Source of the DNA: a virus
Strand: one strand, 5' to 3'
Virus genome (UHGV): UHGV-0334807
DNA length: 42,756 nt
Part shown: positions 20,395-28,201 of the stretch, piece after piece
How positions within the stretch are numbered: the stretch's first letter is position 1
How the letters are laid out: every line of letters starts with the position of its first letter
Translations under genes and position numbers: made by a program
The notes under the pieces: model-generated
What the model was told of the DNA's origin: nothing
What the model saw: only the letters and a program-made list of their open reading frames with translations
Databases searched by the model: none

Positions 20395-20445
20395 TGCGCG
20401 TCTACCGACCCTCGGTGTTTTGGATTTCGGAAAGGACCCGCGACC
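20395..20445 (-). promoter_or_regulatory. cos site (lambda-like cosQ/cosN), putative
   Basis: Minus strand reads GGGTCCTTTCCG, a 17 nt spacer, then GGGTCGGTAGACGCGCAAAAACTCGCT, paralleling the lambda right end (GGGTCCTTTCCG...) and cosN GGGCGGCGACCTCGCGGGTTTTCGCT; just upstream of the terminase small subunit. Confidence 0.4.
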
Positions 20446-20684
20446 AGGGGGCTATCTCCCTTTCAGGACAGGAATTAGGGGCTCGCATCAGGTTCATCAA
20501 ACTCAACTGTAGCCTCGCGGCGTACTTGTTTGCATACATCAGCTTTGTGTATCTGATTATCAGCGTAAGCTTTCACTTTGGCAGCGAGCCATCCTTTTGT
20601 GCTGTATCGATAGACTACCGAACAAGTTTTCCATATATGTATATATCTTGAACTTATTGATATCATTACAGAAAAACAACAACC

Positions 20685-20945
20685 ATGAGAACGCAAAAAA
20701 TGAACAGAGAAAAAATTGAAGCCTTAATGAGCGTAATATTAAAAGAAGCTGACCCAAAAAAGTTTCCTGAGAAGTTATCAGAGGACGCCATCGTATCTTT
20801 TTATCGTGCGAACTCCTCTTATCTAAATTGTTCAACTTTAAGAGAATGGCTAAGCGGCGAAGCAGAGCCTTCAGATGAGATACTTCAGAAGATTATGGTT
20901 CAGAACAACTGGCGCGCAACAAAATGGTCAAATCAGTTACCTTAA
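20685..20945 (+). CDS. hypothetical protein (opposite-strand moron between lysis genes and cos)
   Basis: 86 aa ORF of normal composition in an AT-rich interval; no clear Shine-Dalgarno. Confidence 0.3.
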   Translation: MRTQKMNREKIEALMSVILKEADPKKFPEKLSEDAIVSFYRANSSYLNCSTLREWLSGEAEPSDEILQKIMVQNNWRATKWSNQLP

Positions 20946-21004
20946 TCTGTTGAATGTGTGCCGCCTTAAAACAAAAAGGCGGCCTCTCGTTAAAGTAAAT
21001 TACC

Positions 21005-21199
21005 CTATTTTCCACCAAGGCATGAAGCCTCTGCCCCGGTTGAATCAATACAACCACCGTTCGCAGTAGTAATCTTCGTACCCGGCGCGATCATCACGTG
21101 TTTAATACTGCTGCCGTCAGCGCGAGTCGCTTCGGTGTATGTCGAATGTGTGCAGCCTGCCAGCGTGAAGAACGCGACAGCTAAGAGAAGTTTTTTCAC
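21005..21199 (-). CDS. small lipoprotein (lysis-associated or moron)
   Basis: 64 aa with signal peptide and lipobox LAGC; not proline-rich so not a typical Rz1. Confidence 0.4.
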   Translation of the reverse strand: MKKLLLAVAFFTLAGCTHSTYTEATRADGSSIKHVMIAPGTKITTANGGCIDSTGAEASCLGGK

Positions 21200-21206
21200 G
21201 TTTTAC

Positions 21207-21686
21207 CTACGCTTCTGAGATAGATTTCTCAGCATTCACCAATGGAAGTGATTGTGGAACATCCGTTTGACCTGCTGGCCAGCGGTAGCCTGTTACGCGG
21301 GAACGAGGAAAAGCTTTGATATTTACTTCATCTGCCTGGTTGCCCCCCAAAATCATTAAATCCCCGGCGGCATTTTTCCCGACAACAAAGCCGACGTGAC
21401 CACCGCCAGACCGAGACAGAATAGCAATGCATCCATAGGCGGGTTCCTTCAGTTCATTACCCCAATCGAGATAAGAATTCGCAGACTCAAAACGCGTTGA
21501 GCGAATACCCGCACGTTCCAGCATTGCCCCGGTGAAAGCAGCGCACCACGGTGTTTCGTCATCCTTAATGCCGCCGCGTTTGATATCTTTCCAGTACTGC
21601 ACAATTTCTGCAGCATGTTGCTTCCCTTTCATTTCCCGAATGCCGAGGTTTTTTCGAGCCTCGATTAGCCATTTAGGATCCGTCAT
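21207..21686 (-). CDS. endolysin-like peptidoglycan hydrolase (putative Cys/His peptidase type)
   Basis: 159 aa downstream of two small membrane proteins; candidate catalytic Cys (CAAFTG) and His (GGGHVGF). Confidence 0.45.
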   Translation of the reverse strand: MTDPKWLIEARKNLGIREMKGKQHAAEIVQYWKDIKRGGIKDDETPWCAAFTGAMLERAGIRSTRFESANSYLDWGNELKEPAYGCIAILSRSGGGHVGFVVGKNAAGDLMILGGNQADEVNIKAFPRSRVTGYRWPAGQTDVPQSLPLVNAEKSISEA

Positions 21687-21958
21687 TACCTGTCTCCTGT
21701 TATTTTTGAAATATTCCCTCGTGCCCGCCAGACAGCAATACAGATGGTGAGGTTGAGAAAGAACTCTGCGGGATCAACCTGCGTATATTTCCCGTAAAAA
21801 ATTCGTAGGGCTATCCACGCAGCAGACAGAATCGCGAGGTAAGCAGTTAGTGAGATGAAAAAACGATAGCGGCCTGTTTTTTGAAAAAACATCAACCGTA
21901 GTGCCAACATCAGACAAATAATTGCATTGGCATTGATGAGGACAGAGTGCAGGGTCAT
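21686..21958 (-). CDS. small membrane protein (holin/antiholin-like)
   Basis: 90 aa with hydrophobic helices, in the lysis cassette. Confidence 0.4.
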   Translation of the reverse strand: MTLHSVLINANAIICLMLALRLMFFQKTGRYRFFISLTAYLAILSAAWIALRIFYGKYTQVDPAEFFLNLTICIAVWRARGNISKITGDR

Positions 21959-22422
21959 TATTTCATCCCCTTATCTGATTTCCATAAACGAGCTTGTGAC
22001 ATGATCCGCAACAGTGATGTAACGCTGATTACTGATGCAACCAGTGCACCAATGGCGGGAGAGACTTTTACTGTTACGGGAGGGTTCAGGTGACTCAGCA
22101 CCGCGTTCAGAATACCGGTAATGATGGCTGACGCTGTCTCAGCGCAATACACACCGCCAACAAACGAAATGAGTGCGAAAATAACCTGCTTCCAGAATCG
22201 ATGCTGCCCGGACGACAACACATAGAGAGCTGCGCCTGCCAGCGCACAGATCATCACTGCAGGTGTTGCCTCAGGAAATAACGCAGCAAACGTCACCCCC
22301 GCCGAGCCAGCAGCAACGCCAGCGGTTAGAGGTTCAGACATGATTTTTCCTGATTCAGAAACGACAAAACCCCGCCGTGGCGAGGTTCTTAGAAATTTGG
22401 CAACATACCAAATTAGCGTCAA
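21958..22422 (-). CDS. holin-like membrane protein
   Basis: Multiple TM helices; likely true start MSEPLTAGV at about 22341, preceded by a promoter/terminator pair. Confidence 0.45.
   Translation of the reverse strand: MTLIWYVAKFLRTSPRRGFVVSESGKIMSEPLTAGVAAGSAGVTFAALFPEATPAVMICALAGAALYVLSSGQHRFWKQVIFALISFVGGVYCAETASAIITGILNAVLSHLNPPVTVKVSPAIGALVASVISVTSLLRIMSQARLWKSDKGMK
22356..22385 (-). terminator. tR'-like intrinsic terminator between Q and lysis genes
   Basis: Minus strand CCTCGC-CACG-GCGGGG hairpin followed by TTTTGTCGTTTCTG; a TTGACG/CAAATT promoter-like pair lies about 35 nt upstream (about 22394..22422). Confidence 0.45.
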
Positions 22423-22453
22423 ATATGGCCTATTTTGTTCGTTTTTGCAAGCA

Positions 22454-23125
22454 TTATACGCAAACGTCGTCTAAATGGTTCTGATAATGATGCAAAGTTG
22501 CAAGAAGTGCCACTTCATCAAGTGCTCTCACCGCCTCTTTCATTCCTACCCAGTGCAGGGAGTATGTTTCGCACCAGGTGGAACGAGAAACCGACAGCAT
22601 TCCTGCTAGGGTAGATCCGGCCATCTCCTTAAAATCCTCGCGTTTATTTGCTGCTGCGACCGCCTGCACGGACAACCACACCAACGAAAGCAGGTGCTTA
22701 ACTACTTTTCTCTGAGTTGACGCGGGGATGTTTCCTTTATAGCGACTCCAGACAGCCTCACAAATAGCTGTTTGGTGTTTGAATGCCAGGTTACCACCGT
22801 AGCAATAACGCAACCACGCTTGCTGACTTGCATCCAGCGAGTTCACAGAACGCCGCCAGGATGAATCAGCAAATTCAAAATCACTCATCGGCGGCGCGGG
22901 GCGACGTCTGCTGAAACTTTCCAGAGCGTAAACTGGCGTAACCAGAGCATCAACGGTCCGGTCCTCCAGCTGCACACGGTGAATATGTTTGCGTGGGTAT
23001 GCGTTTTTGTCTGCCGGTGGGTGCTCACACAATGCTTCCAGTTGCCCCTTAGAACCACCAGACAAATCCCGCAATGCAGCGCGCAGTTTTATGCGGGTAT
23101 ATTCCAATAAATACTCGTTACTCAT
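22454..23125 (-). CDS. late-gene antiterminator Q-like protein
   Basis: 223 aa ORF immediately upstream of the late promoter/terminator and lysis genes. Confidence 0.5.
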   Translation of the reverse strand: MSNEYLLEYTRIKLRAALRDLSGGSKGQLEALCEHPPADKNAYPRKHIHRVQLEDRTVDALVTPVYALESFSRRRPAPPMSDFEFADSSWRRSVNSLDASQQAWLRYCYGGNLAFKHQTAICEAVWSRYKGNIPASTQRKVVKHLLSLVWLSVQAVAAANKREDFKEMAGSTLAGMLSVSRSTWCETYSLHWVGMKEAVRALDEVALLATLHHYQNHLDDVCV

Positions 23126-23418
23126 CAGATAAACTCCTCATCGCGCCAGATAGCCAGTGTTCTGAAAACTCCCTCAGCGTGCATCAACAACAATGAGTCG
23201 TGCTCGTAATCCGTTTTTGTACGTCCGTCGATGGCATCGTGACACGCACTGCAGGCGATAGCGCCCTGCATATCGTGAGGTTTGATGGCTGTGCCGCACG
23301 TTCCGGCGAGACGATAATGAGCCAGTACGCTGGTTTCAGGATTGTGATTGCACACACCGGGGATACGCACAGTACAAGCGCGACTGCGTGCAGCTTTTCT
23401 CAGGTCGATTTTTTTCAT
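23125..23418 (-). CDS. nin-region protein, YbcO-like (DUF1364, putative nuclease)
   Basis: 97 aa with VRIPGVCNHNPETSVLAH...CSACHDAIDGR motif resembling the recalled DLP12 YbcO sequence. Confidence 0.5.
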   Translation of the reverse strand: MKKIDLRKAARSRACTVRIPGVCNHNPETSVLAHYRLAGTCGTAIKPHDMQGAIACSACHDAIDGRTKTDYEHDSLLLMHAEGVFRTLAIWRDEEFI

Positions 23419-24011
23419 GATGTGTAATCCAGCAGCTGCGCGGCGGCATTTTCAGCGGCCTCCTGAGAGGCAAATGTGCGGAACAAAATATAATTCCACA
23501 GCACATCTAAAACGGCTGAATACAGTTGACCGAACTCAAGATCGTCCATCGCTGCAAACGAGATTGAACGAGGTACGCGCATCAAACTGCCGTCTGGCAT
23601 CTGATGAACGTCATAAAACCCAGCTTCCATAATCGCCCATGCGCGAAACGCCTCGAACGACTTCACCGCACTGATACTCCCCGCGCGCTTTTCCGACTCA
23701 TCGAGAAGATACTGATCAGCCAGCTCTGCCATGACATCACCGTGTCCACCGTAATACGCCAGTAACTTAACGTAGCCGTGAACCAGTTCGCGCTCCGCAG
23801 GAGAAATAGCCCCTCCGGACGGATGCCAGTAATCAAAGCCCAGGTTGAGAAGTGAGAAAAATTTACGATGAAACGCGGGATTACGCGCCTGTTTGAAATC
23901 TGCATACACAACAGCACCTGGTTTGACTCGTTCAGTCAACCAGCGTTGCGTGTCTGGTGTCGCGGGTATTAGCGAACCGCCGGATACCCTGATAAATGAA
24001 TGCTGCGCCAT
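23415..24011 (-). CDS. nin-region protein of unknown function
   Basis: 198 aa ORF with GGAG ribosome-binding site; no recognisable motifs. Confidence 0.4.
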   Translation of the reverse strand: MAQHSFIRVSGGSLIPATPDTQRWLTERVKPGAVVYADFKQARNPAFHRKFFSLLNLGFDYWHPSGGAISPAERELVHGYVKLLAYYGGHGDVMAELADQYLLDESEKRAGSISAVKSFEAFRAWAIMEAGFYDVHQMPDGSLMRVPRSISFAAMDDLEFGQLYSAVLDVLWNYILFRTFASQEAAENAAAQLLDYTS

Positions 24012-24088
24012 GGTTAACTCCAGGTGGCGCGGCAGTGTTCAGAAAATGATGCCGGGTGTTCAATCCAGCACCGATATTATACCGTGTT

Positions 24089-24289
24089 TTACGCGTCAGG
24101 GGGTGTAATAGTATATCCAGCTATTTCTGCCAACTCGAGAAACGCCATCAGGCTGGCAATCCGCTCATCATCGGTCAGAACACGCACACCAACGATGTGT
24201 CCGTCCTTACGCTTGATAACAGCCCGGCATGTTTCCGGTAGTTCGCCTATAGATTCTTGAATATTCATGTCTTCCCCCCAATGCCACAA
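24089..24289 (-). CDS. small protein under a LexA-box promoter (candidate SOS-induced antirepressor)
   Basis: Likely start MNIQES at about 24268 with GGGGGAA ribosome-binding site; promoter ATGACA-N17-TATAAA overlaps a LexA box. Confidence 0.5.
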   Translation of the reverse strand: MWHWGEDMNIQESIGELPETCRAVIKRKDGHIVGVRVLTDDERIASLMAFLELAEIAGYTITPPDA

Positions 24290-24290
24290 C

Positions 24291-24306
24291 CTGTATATTT
24301 ATACAG
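24291..24306. promoter_or_regulatory. LexA box (SOS operator)
   Basis: CTGTATATTTATACAG matches CTGT-N8-ACAG with an AT-rich palindromic core; overlaps the -10 of the minus-strand promoter. Confidence 0.7.
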
Positions 24307-24419
24307 TATTTTATGGCATTTGTCATAACGCCAAATACAATGAGGGAATAATGAACAATTATATTCACGTCGTGAATTTTATTAAACGGTTTTATAGGGG
24401 ATTAAACCGTTTATGGTCA

Positions 24420-25097
24420 TTATTTATCACTCCTGTAAATTGGAATTAACCATTTTCTAATCGTCGACGCTGCAGGTGGGTCAGAGTATTTCGCCACAAA
24501 AATACCGGATATGTATTGCACGCCACGCGATAATGGCGCTGTCGGGTTTTCAGTAAAAAAACGATCAGCCAGTTCAATGGCTTCGCTTTTTAATCTGTGC
24601 TGTGGTCGTCCTCCGCCCTTTGTTCCCAGGTATCGCGCCAGTTGTTTGAAACGGTAGGCGATGATTAACGGTCGCATCATCATATTGAAAAAATCGCGGG
24701 CATCGTTGTCAGCGCCTTGCGCTATCAACAGTGCAAAAAACAGATACGGGATTATGTACACTTCAGGAGATATACGAACCCGTTCACAAGTTGGTGGAGC
24801 CAACTCAATAAGTAAGTCAGCCAGCGGATTCCCCTTTTCTCCACGTTTGTAATAGCGATACAGCGGCCCGATATCAAGTTCACTCACGTCGATTTCAGGA
24901 TGCCCGGCAACGACTGTACGTATCTCTTCTGCCAGAGCGTCAAATATTGCCCCGGTCCGTTCAAGATAGAGCCTCCGGGTCGAACCGCGATCATCCAACG
25001 CCCGTAACATATCTAACCGGCTAACGAAAGTTTCAGGCCAGTCCTCATAGAAGGTTTTCATAATTACCTCGAATAATAAAAACTGCACTATTTGCAC
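24420..25097 (-). CDS. hypothetical protein
   Basis: 225 aa ORF (likely start MKTFYEDW); no recognisable motifs. Confidence 0.4.
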   Translation of the reverse strand: MQIVQFLLFEVIMKTFYEDWPETFVSRLDMLRALDDRGSTRRLYLERTGAIFDALAEEIRTVVAGHPEIDVSELDIGPLYRYYKRGEKGNPLADLLIELAPPTCERVRISPEVYIIPYLFFALLIAQGADNDARDFFNMMMRPLIIAYRFKQLARYLGTKGGGRPQHRLKSEAIELADRFFTENPTAPLSRGVQYISGIFVAKYSDPPAASTIRKWLIPIYRSDK

Positions 25098-25304
25098 AAT
25101 TTATTATTCGTTTTCACGCCGCTGAGTTCTATAAAAAAGAAAAAACCTCCGAGGCAGGGTTTTGTTATGGCTCGTTAAATCATCATCCAACTTTTTAGAC
25201 TGAACGGTGATACTTGCAAATATTTGAAAATATGGGCTGGAACCCTATCTTATGATGTGCCTGGTAATTTATATTGTTGGGTCTTTATATCATGAGGAAT
25301 CACT

Positions 25305-25538
25305 ATGGGTACGTTAGGCAACCAGCCGTGCAGAAGTCGTTATGAGTTCGATGATTTTAATTTAGCCAATCGAGCTGCGGCTCTTACTAAGTTAGCAAAA
25401 GAAACTGGTGTATCGGTGGATACCTTAATCAAACTTGAAATTGCTATGCAACTGAATCGGCTCAACTCCATCCTTATCGAAAACGGTGACAAGATGGACG
25501 AGAATCTGGCAGGTATTGGCGAGATACTGCAGAAGTGA
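25305..25538 (+). CDS. small protein, possible helix-turn-helix
   Basis: 77 aa with GAGGAA ribosome-binding site; segment LAKETGVSVDTLIKLE is HTH-like; followed by a CCCCTC/GAGGGG hairpin. Confidence 0.4.
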   Translation: MGTLGNQPCRSRYEFDDFNLANRAAALTKLAKETGVSVDTLIKLEIAMQLNRLNSILIENGDKMDENLAGIGEILQK

Positions 25539-25827
25539 GAGTAGCCCCTCTTCTGAGGGGTTGCACATTTAAAATATTAAGGGCGGTCTTCTTCACGTAC
25601 ACAGTCACCTGGTCGAATCGTTCACGCATACTGAGTACAAAAAATCTCAACGATAAGATCAGGTTAGACCTGTATTTTCCAGAAACATATAGACGCCTAA
25701 AAAAACACTAAACTCATGATTATCATGTATGTTTTTACTGGAAACATTGAACCATCCACAATACAGCGTAAAAAGCAAGCAATTCACAAGATTTTAAAGT
25801 GATTTATCTGGAAGACTTTACTACTAA

Positions 25828-25872
25828 CAGTTAATATCGTACCAGAAGTGCAGAATTTGCACTTTTACAGGA
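25828..25872. promoter_or_regulatory. nested dyad symmetry upstream of the peptidase operon (putative operator)
   Basis: AGTGCA-GAATT-TGCACT nested within CGTACCA...TGGTACG, about 65 bp upstream of the peptidase start. Confidence 0.4.
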
Positions 25873-25936
25873 ATGTGGTACGGAACATGCTGTCTATATT
25901 TCAACCAATAATCGTAATGCAGTAACTGGAGGAGCT

Positions 25937-26425
25937 ATGGCTACCAACCCAAGAGAGCACGCCCGGCGAGTGCTGGACACGTTCTGGTGCGGGCGTGGTT
26001 TCCCTGTTGATCCAGCGAAAATTGCTCACGACATGGGATTAGATGTTTTTATTACCGATCTTCCTGGGAAAGTTTCTGGCGCACTGATTAAACAAAAAGA
26101 TCAAGATCCAGCGATCTTTCTAAACAGTGATGACAACAAAGTTCGTCAACGTTTTTCATGTGGGCATGAGTTGGGGCATTACATCGCCCGGCAAGCATCG
26201 CATAGCGATGAATATGAGTACGTTGATTTACGTGGCGAAACCGCAAGCGCCGGAACGCATCCTGATGAAATTTTTGCAAACAAGTTCGCAGCAGAACTTC
26301 TGATGCCGGTAGATGAGGTCAGAAAACTGCACGCTGACGGTCAACCAAGTTATATAATGGCGCATTATTTTGGCGTATCTGACGATGCGATGACTTATCG
26401 TTTAAAGAACTTGAGGTTGGGGTAA
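25937..26425 (+). CDS. ImmA/IrrE-family zinc metallopeptidase (HEXXH)
   Basis: 162 aa with RQRFSCGHELGHY (HEXXH) and FANKFAAELLMP motifs; GGAGG ribosome-binding site. Confidence 0.7.
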   Translation: MATNPREHARRVLDTFWCGRGFPVDPAKIAHDMGLDVFITDLPGKVSGALIKQKDQDPAIFLNSDDNKVRQRFSCGHELGHYIARQASHSDEYEYVDLRGETASAGTHPDEIFANKFAAELLMPVDEVRKLHADGQPSYIMAHYFGVSDDAMTYRLKNLRLG

Positions 26426-26434
26426 CGCTTTAAA

Positions 26435-27040
26435 ATGCCATCGGATGACGATTTTAACAGCCGTTTCAAACAGGAAGTAGCACGCAGACTGAAGGATTCC
26501 CTCAACCTACACCGTCAGTTAGCAGAAGAGGTTGAGCCGGAGGACGATGAAACTCCGGTTCAGTCTCCTGACGAAGCTTCACCTCAGCCAAAGGTTTCGC
26601 ACGCCCCCAAAAAAACGGCTGTCCGTATTCGCGGAATAGCCAGAAAAAGAGCTGCCGAAGCTCGCAAAATGGCTGTAGCTGCGTCTAGCAAAAGAATTCC
26701 AACTGCTACACCCTCTCAACAAGTCACCCGTACTGAGAGTAAAATCTTGACCGAGTTCACATCTGTGAAACAGGTGAATTCACTTGATACCGAGCATGAG
26801 CGCAAACAACTCAACAACAAAGATTTTGAAGCAGAAATCGCTCTAAAAAAACGATACGGGAAATGGTTCCTGATTATCCTTGCTTTCCAACTTCTGATAA
26901 TGAATGGTGTATTTATTGCCGACGGCGCAGGTAAGCTGGAATTTGAGGATTTAACACTACAGTTGTACATGGGCGGTACTTTGACAGAGGTATTCGGCCT
27001 CGTGCTGGTCGTGACAAAATACCTTTTTAAACGCAAGTAA
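26435..27040 (+). CDS. membrane-anchored protein, basic disordered N-terminal region and two C-terminal TM helices
   Basis: 201 aa; starts 10 bp after the peptidase stop (operon); C-terminal WFLIILAFQLLIMNGVFI and TLTEVFGLVLVVT hydrophobic segments. Confidence 0.55.
   Translation: MPSDDDFNSRFKQEVARRLKDSLNLHRQLAEEVEPEDDETPVQSPDEASPQPKVSHAPKKTAVRIRGIARKRAAEARKMAVAASSKRIPTATPSQQVTRTESKILTEFTSVKQVNSLDTEHERKQLNNKDFEAEIALKKRYGKWFLIILAFQLLIMNGVFIADGAGKLEFEDLTLQLYMGGTLTEVFGLVLVVTKYLFKRK
26969..27040 (+). repeat. direct repeat copy 1 (last 23 codons of the 201 aa gene)
   Basis: About 90 percent identical to 30391..30462, which has mostly synonymous changes and a different stop codon. Confidence 0.75.
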
Positions 27041-27502
27041 CTCTCTCGGTCCAACAGTCTTTCGAAGGCCCTGATCAAAGGGCCTTGATAAATTAGCAGT
27101 GCGTTGAAAACAGATAGTTATTCCCATCAGTTCCAACGTAATACACATCAAAAAAATCACCATTCTTTTGCTCTAACGTCAACACCTACCCTTAAAAAAA
27201 TAATTCTCCAAGAATGAGAAAGTTATTGTGTGTATTAGATAAGATATGAGCTGACACATCTATGGCGTGGAGCCAAATTTAATATGACAGTCCGCTCTGT
27301 GCCATAAGCGGACTGTCAATAAACAGATTCACTTGTAAATCTTGAAGCTATACATATTTACTTTCAATGATAAATAAAAGAACTATCCAAAAATCACTGA
27401 GAGCATATTTTAACTAACCCTCCGCTACTATTAACATAAATTTCACCCAACCATAATTAAATTGATACATATAGCAACTTACCTTGATACGAATCATCTG
27501 GG

Positions 27503-28201
27503 TTATATTTTTCCATATTTTTTTCCGTCAAATCGAATCATGCCAGGATCAAGAAAATTAATTAAATCGATTAACGCGTGCTGTATTCTGATTAGCCTTT
27601 CTTTATAAATTCCGATATCTCTTGTCATATTTATCACTTCATTGTTTAAATCTAAAAAAAATGGCTCATTGATAAAGCAATTTTCCTTTGTGAAACTGCC
27701 GTAACCTATGCAATCAAATCCAGTATCTGTTGATATCAGCATCTTTTCTGCAATAGCTCTCTGCTCTCCTATGAAAAACATAAAATACTGACCAAAGACG
27801 TCTGTTTGGATTAATGAGTTAATATTGTTCTGTAATCTAATAAACTCCCTCATTTTTTTATTTTTTTCTAGGCTAAGGTATTGAATGTCTATGCGGGCAG
27901 CTTCTGTCCATGCAAAAAACTGGGAAAAAAGAAAAACAGTATTGTTGATAACATAATCTTGTTGGCGCTTATTCCCATTATGATAAAACTCTTCAATGAA
28001 CCCCAATTCTAATATATTATAAATACGGCTTTGTAAGTCTGAAGCTGAGCGAATTAACGGTTCAATATAGTACTGATGTTTTCTCCTTACATCCAGTGAT
28101 TCATTGAGCTTGTTTATTCTATTCTGATTATAAGTAGATATAGCAATAGAGATTATAGCTATTGCACCACTAATAAAGCTTGAAATTAATGCCGTACCCA
28201 T
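27503..28201 (-). CDS. membrane protein with one N-terminal TM helix and aromatic-rich soluble domain (unknown function)
   Basis: 232 aa, AT-rich codon usage, AAAGGA ribosome-binding site; flanked by long AT-rich noncoding DNA. Confidence 0.55.
   Translation of the reverse strand: MGTALISSFISGAIAIISIAISTYNQNRINKLNESLDVRRKHQYYIEPLIRSASDLQSRIYNILELGFIEEFYHNGNKRQQDYVINNTVFLFSQFFAWTEAARIDIQYLSLEKNKKMREFIRLQNNINSLIQTDVFGQYFMFFIGEQRAIAEKMLISTDTGFDCIGYGSFTKENCFINEPFFLDLNNEVINMTRDIGIYKERLIRIQHALIDLINFLDPGMIRFDGKKYGKI

Noticed and set aside
20956-20992. GCCGCCTT/AAGGCGGC hairpin between convergent genes as an intrinsic terminator
   Set aside because: Stable stem but no clean U-tract on either strand; left as an unannotated hairpin.
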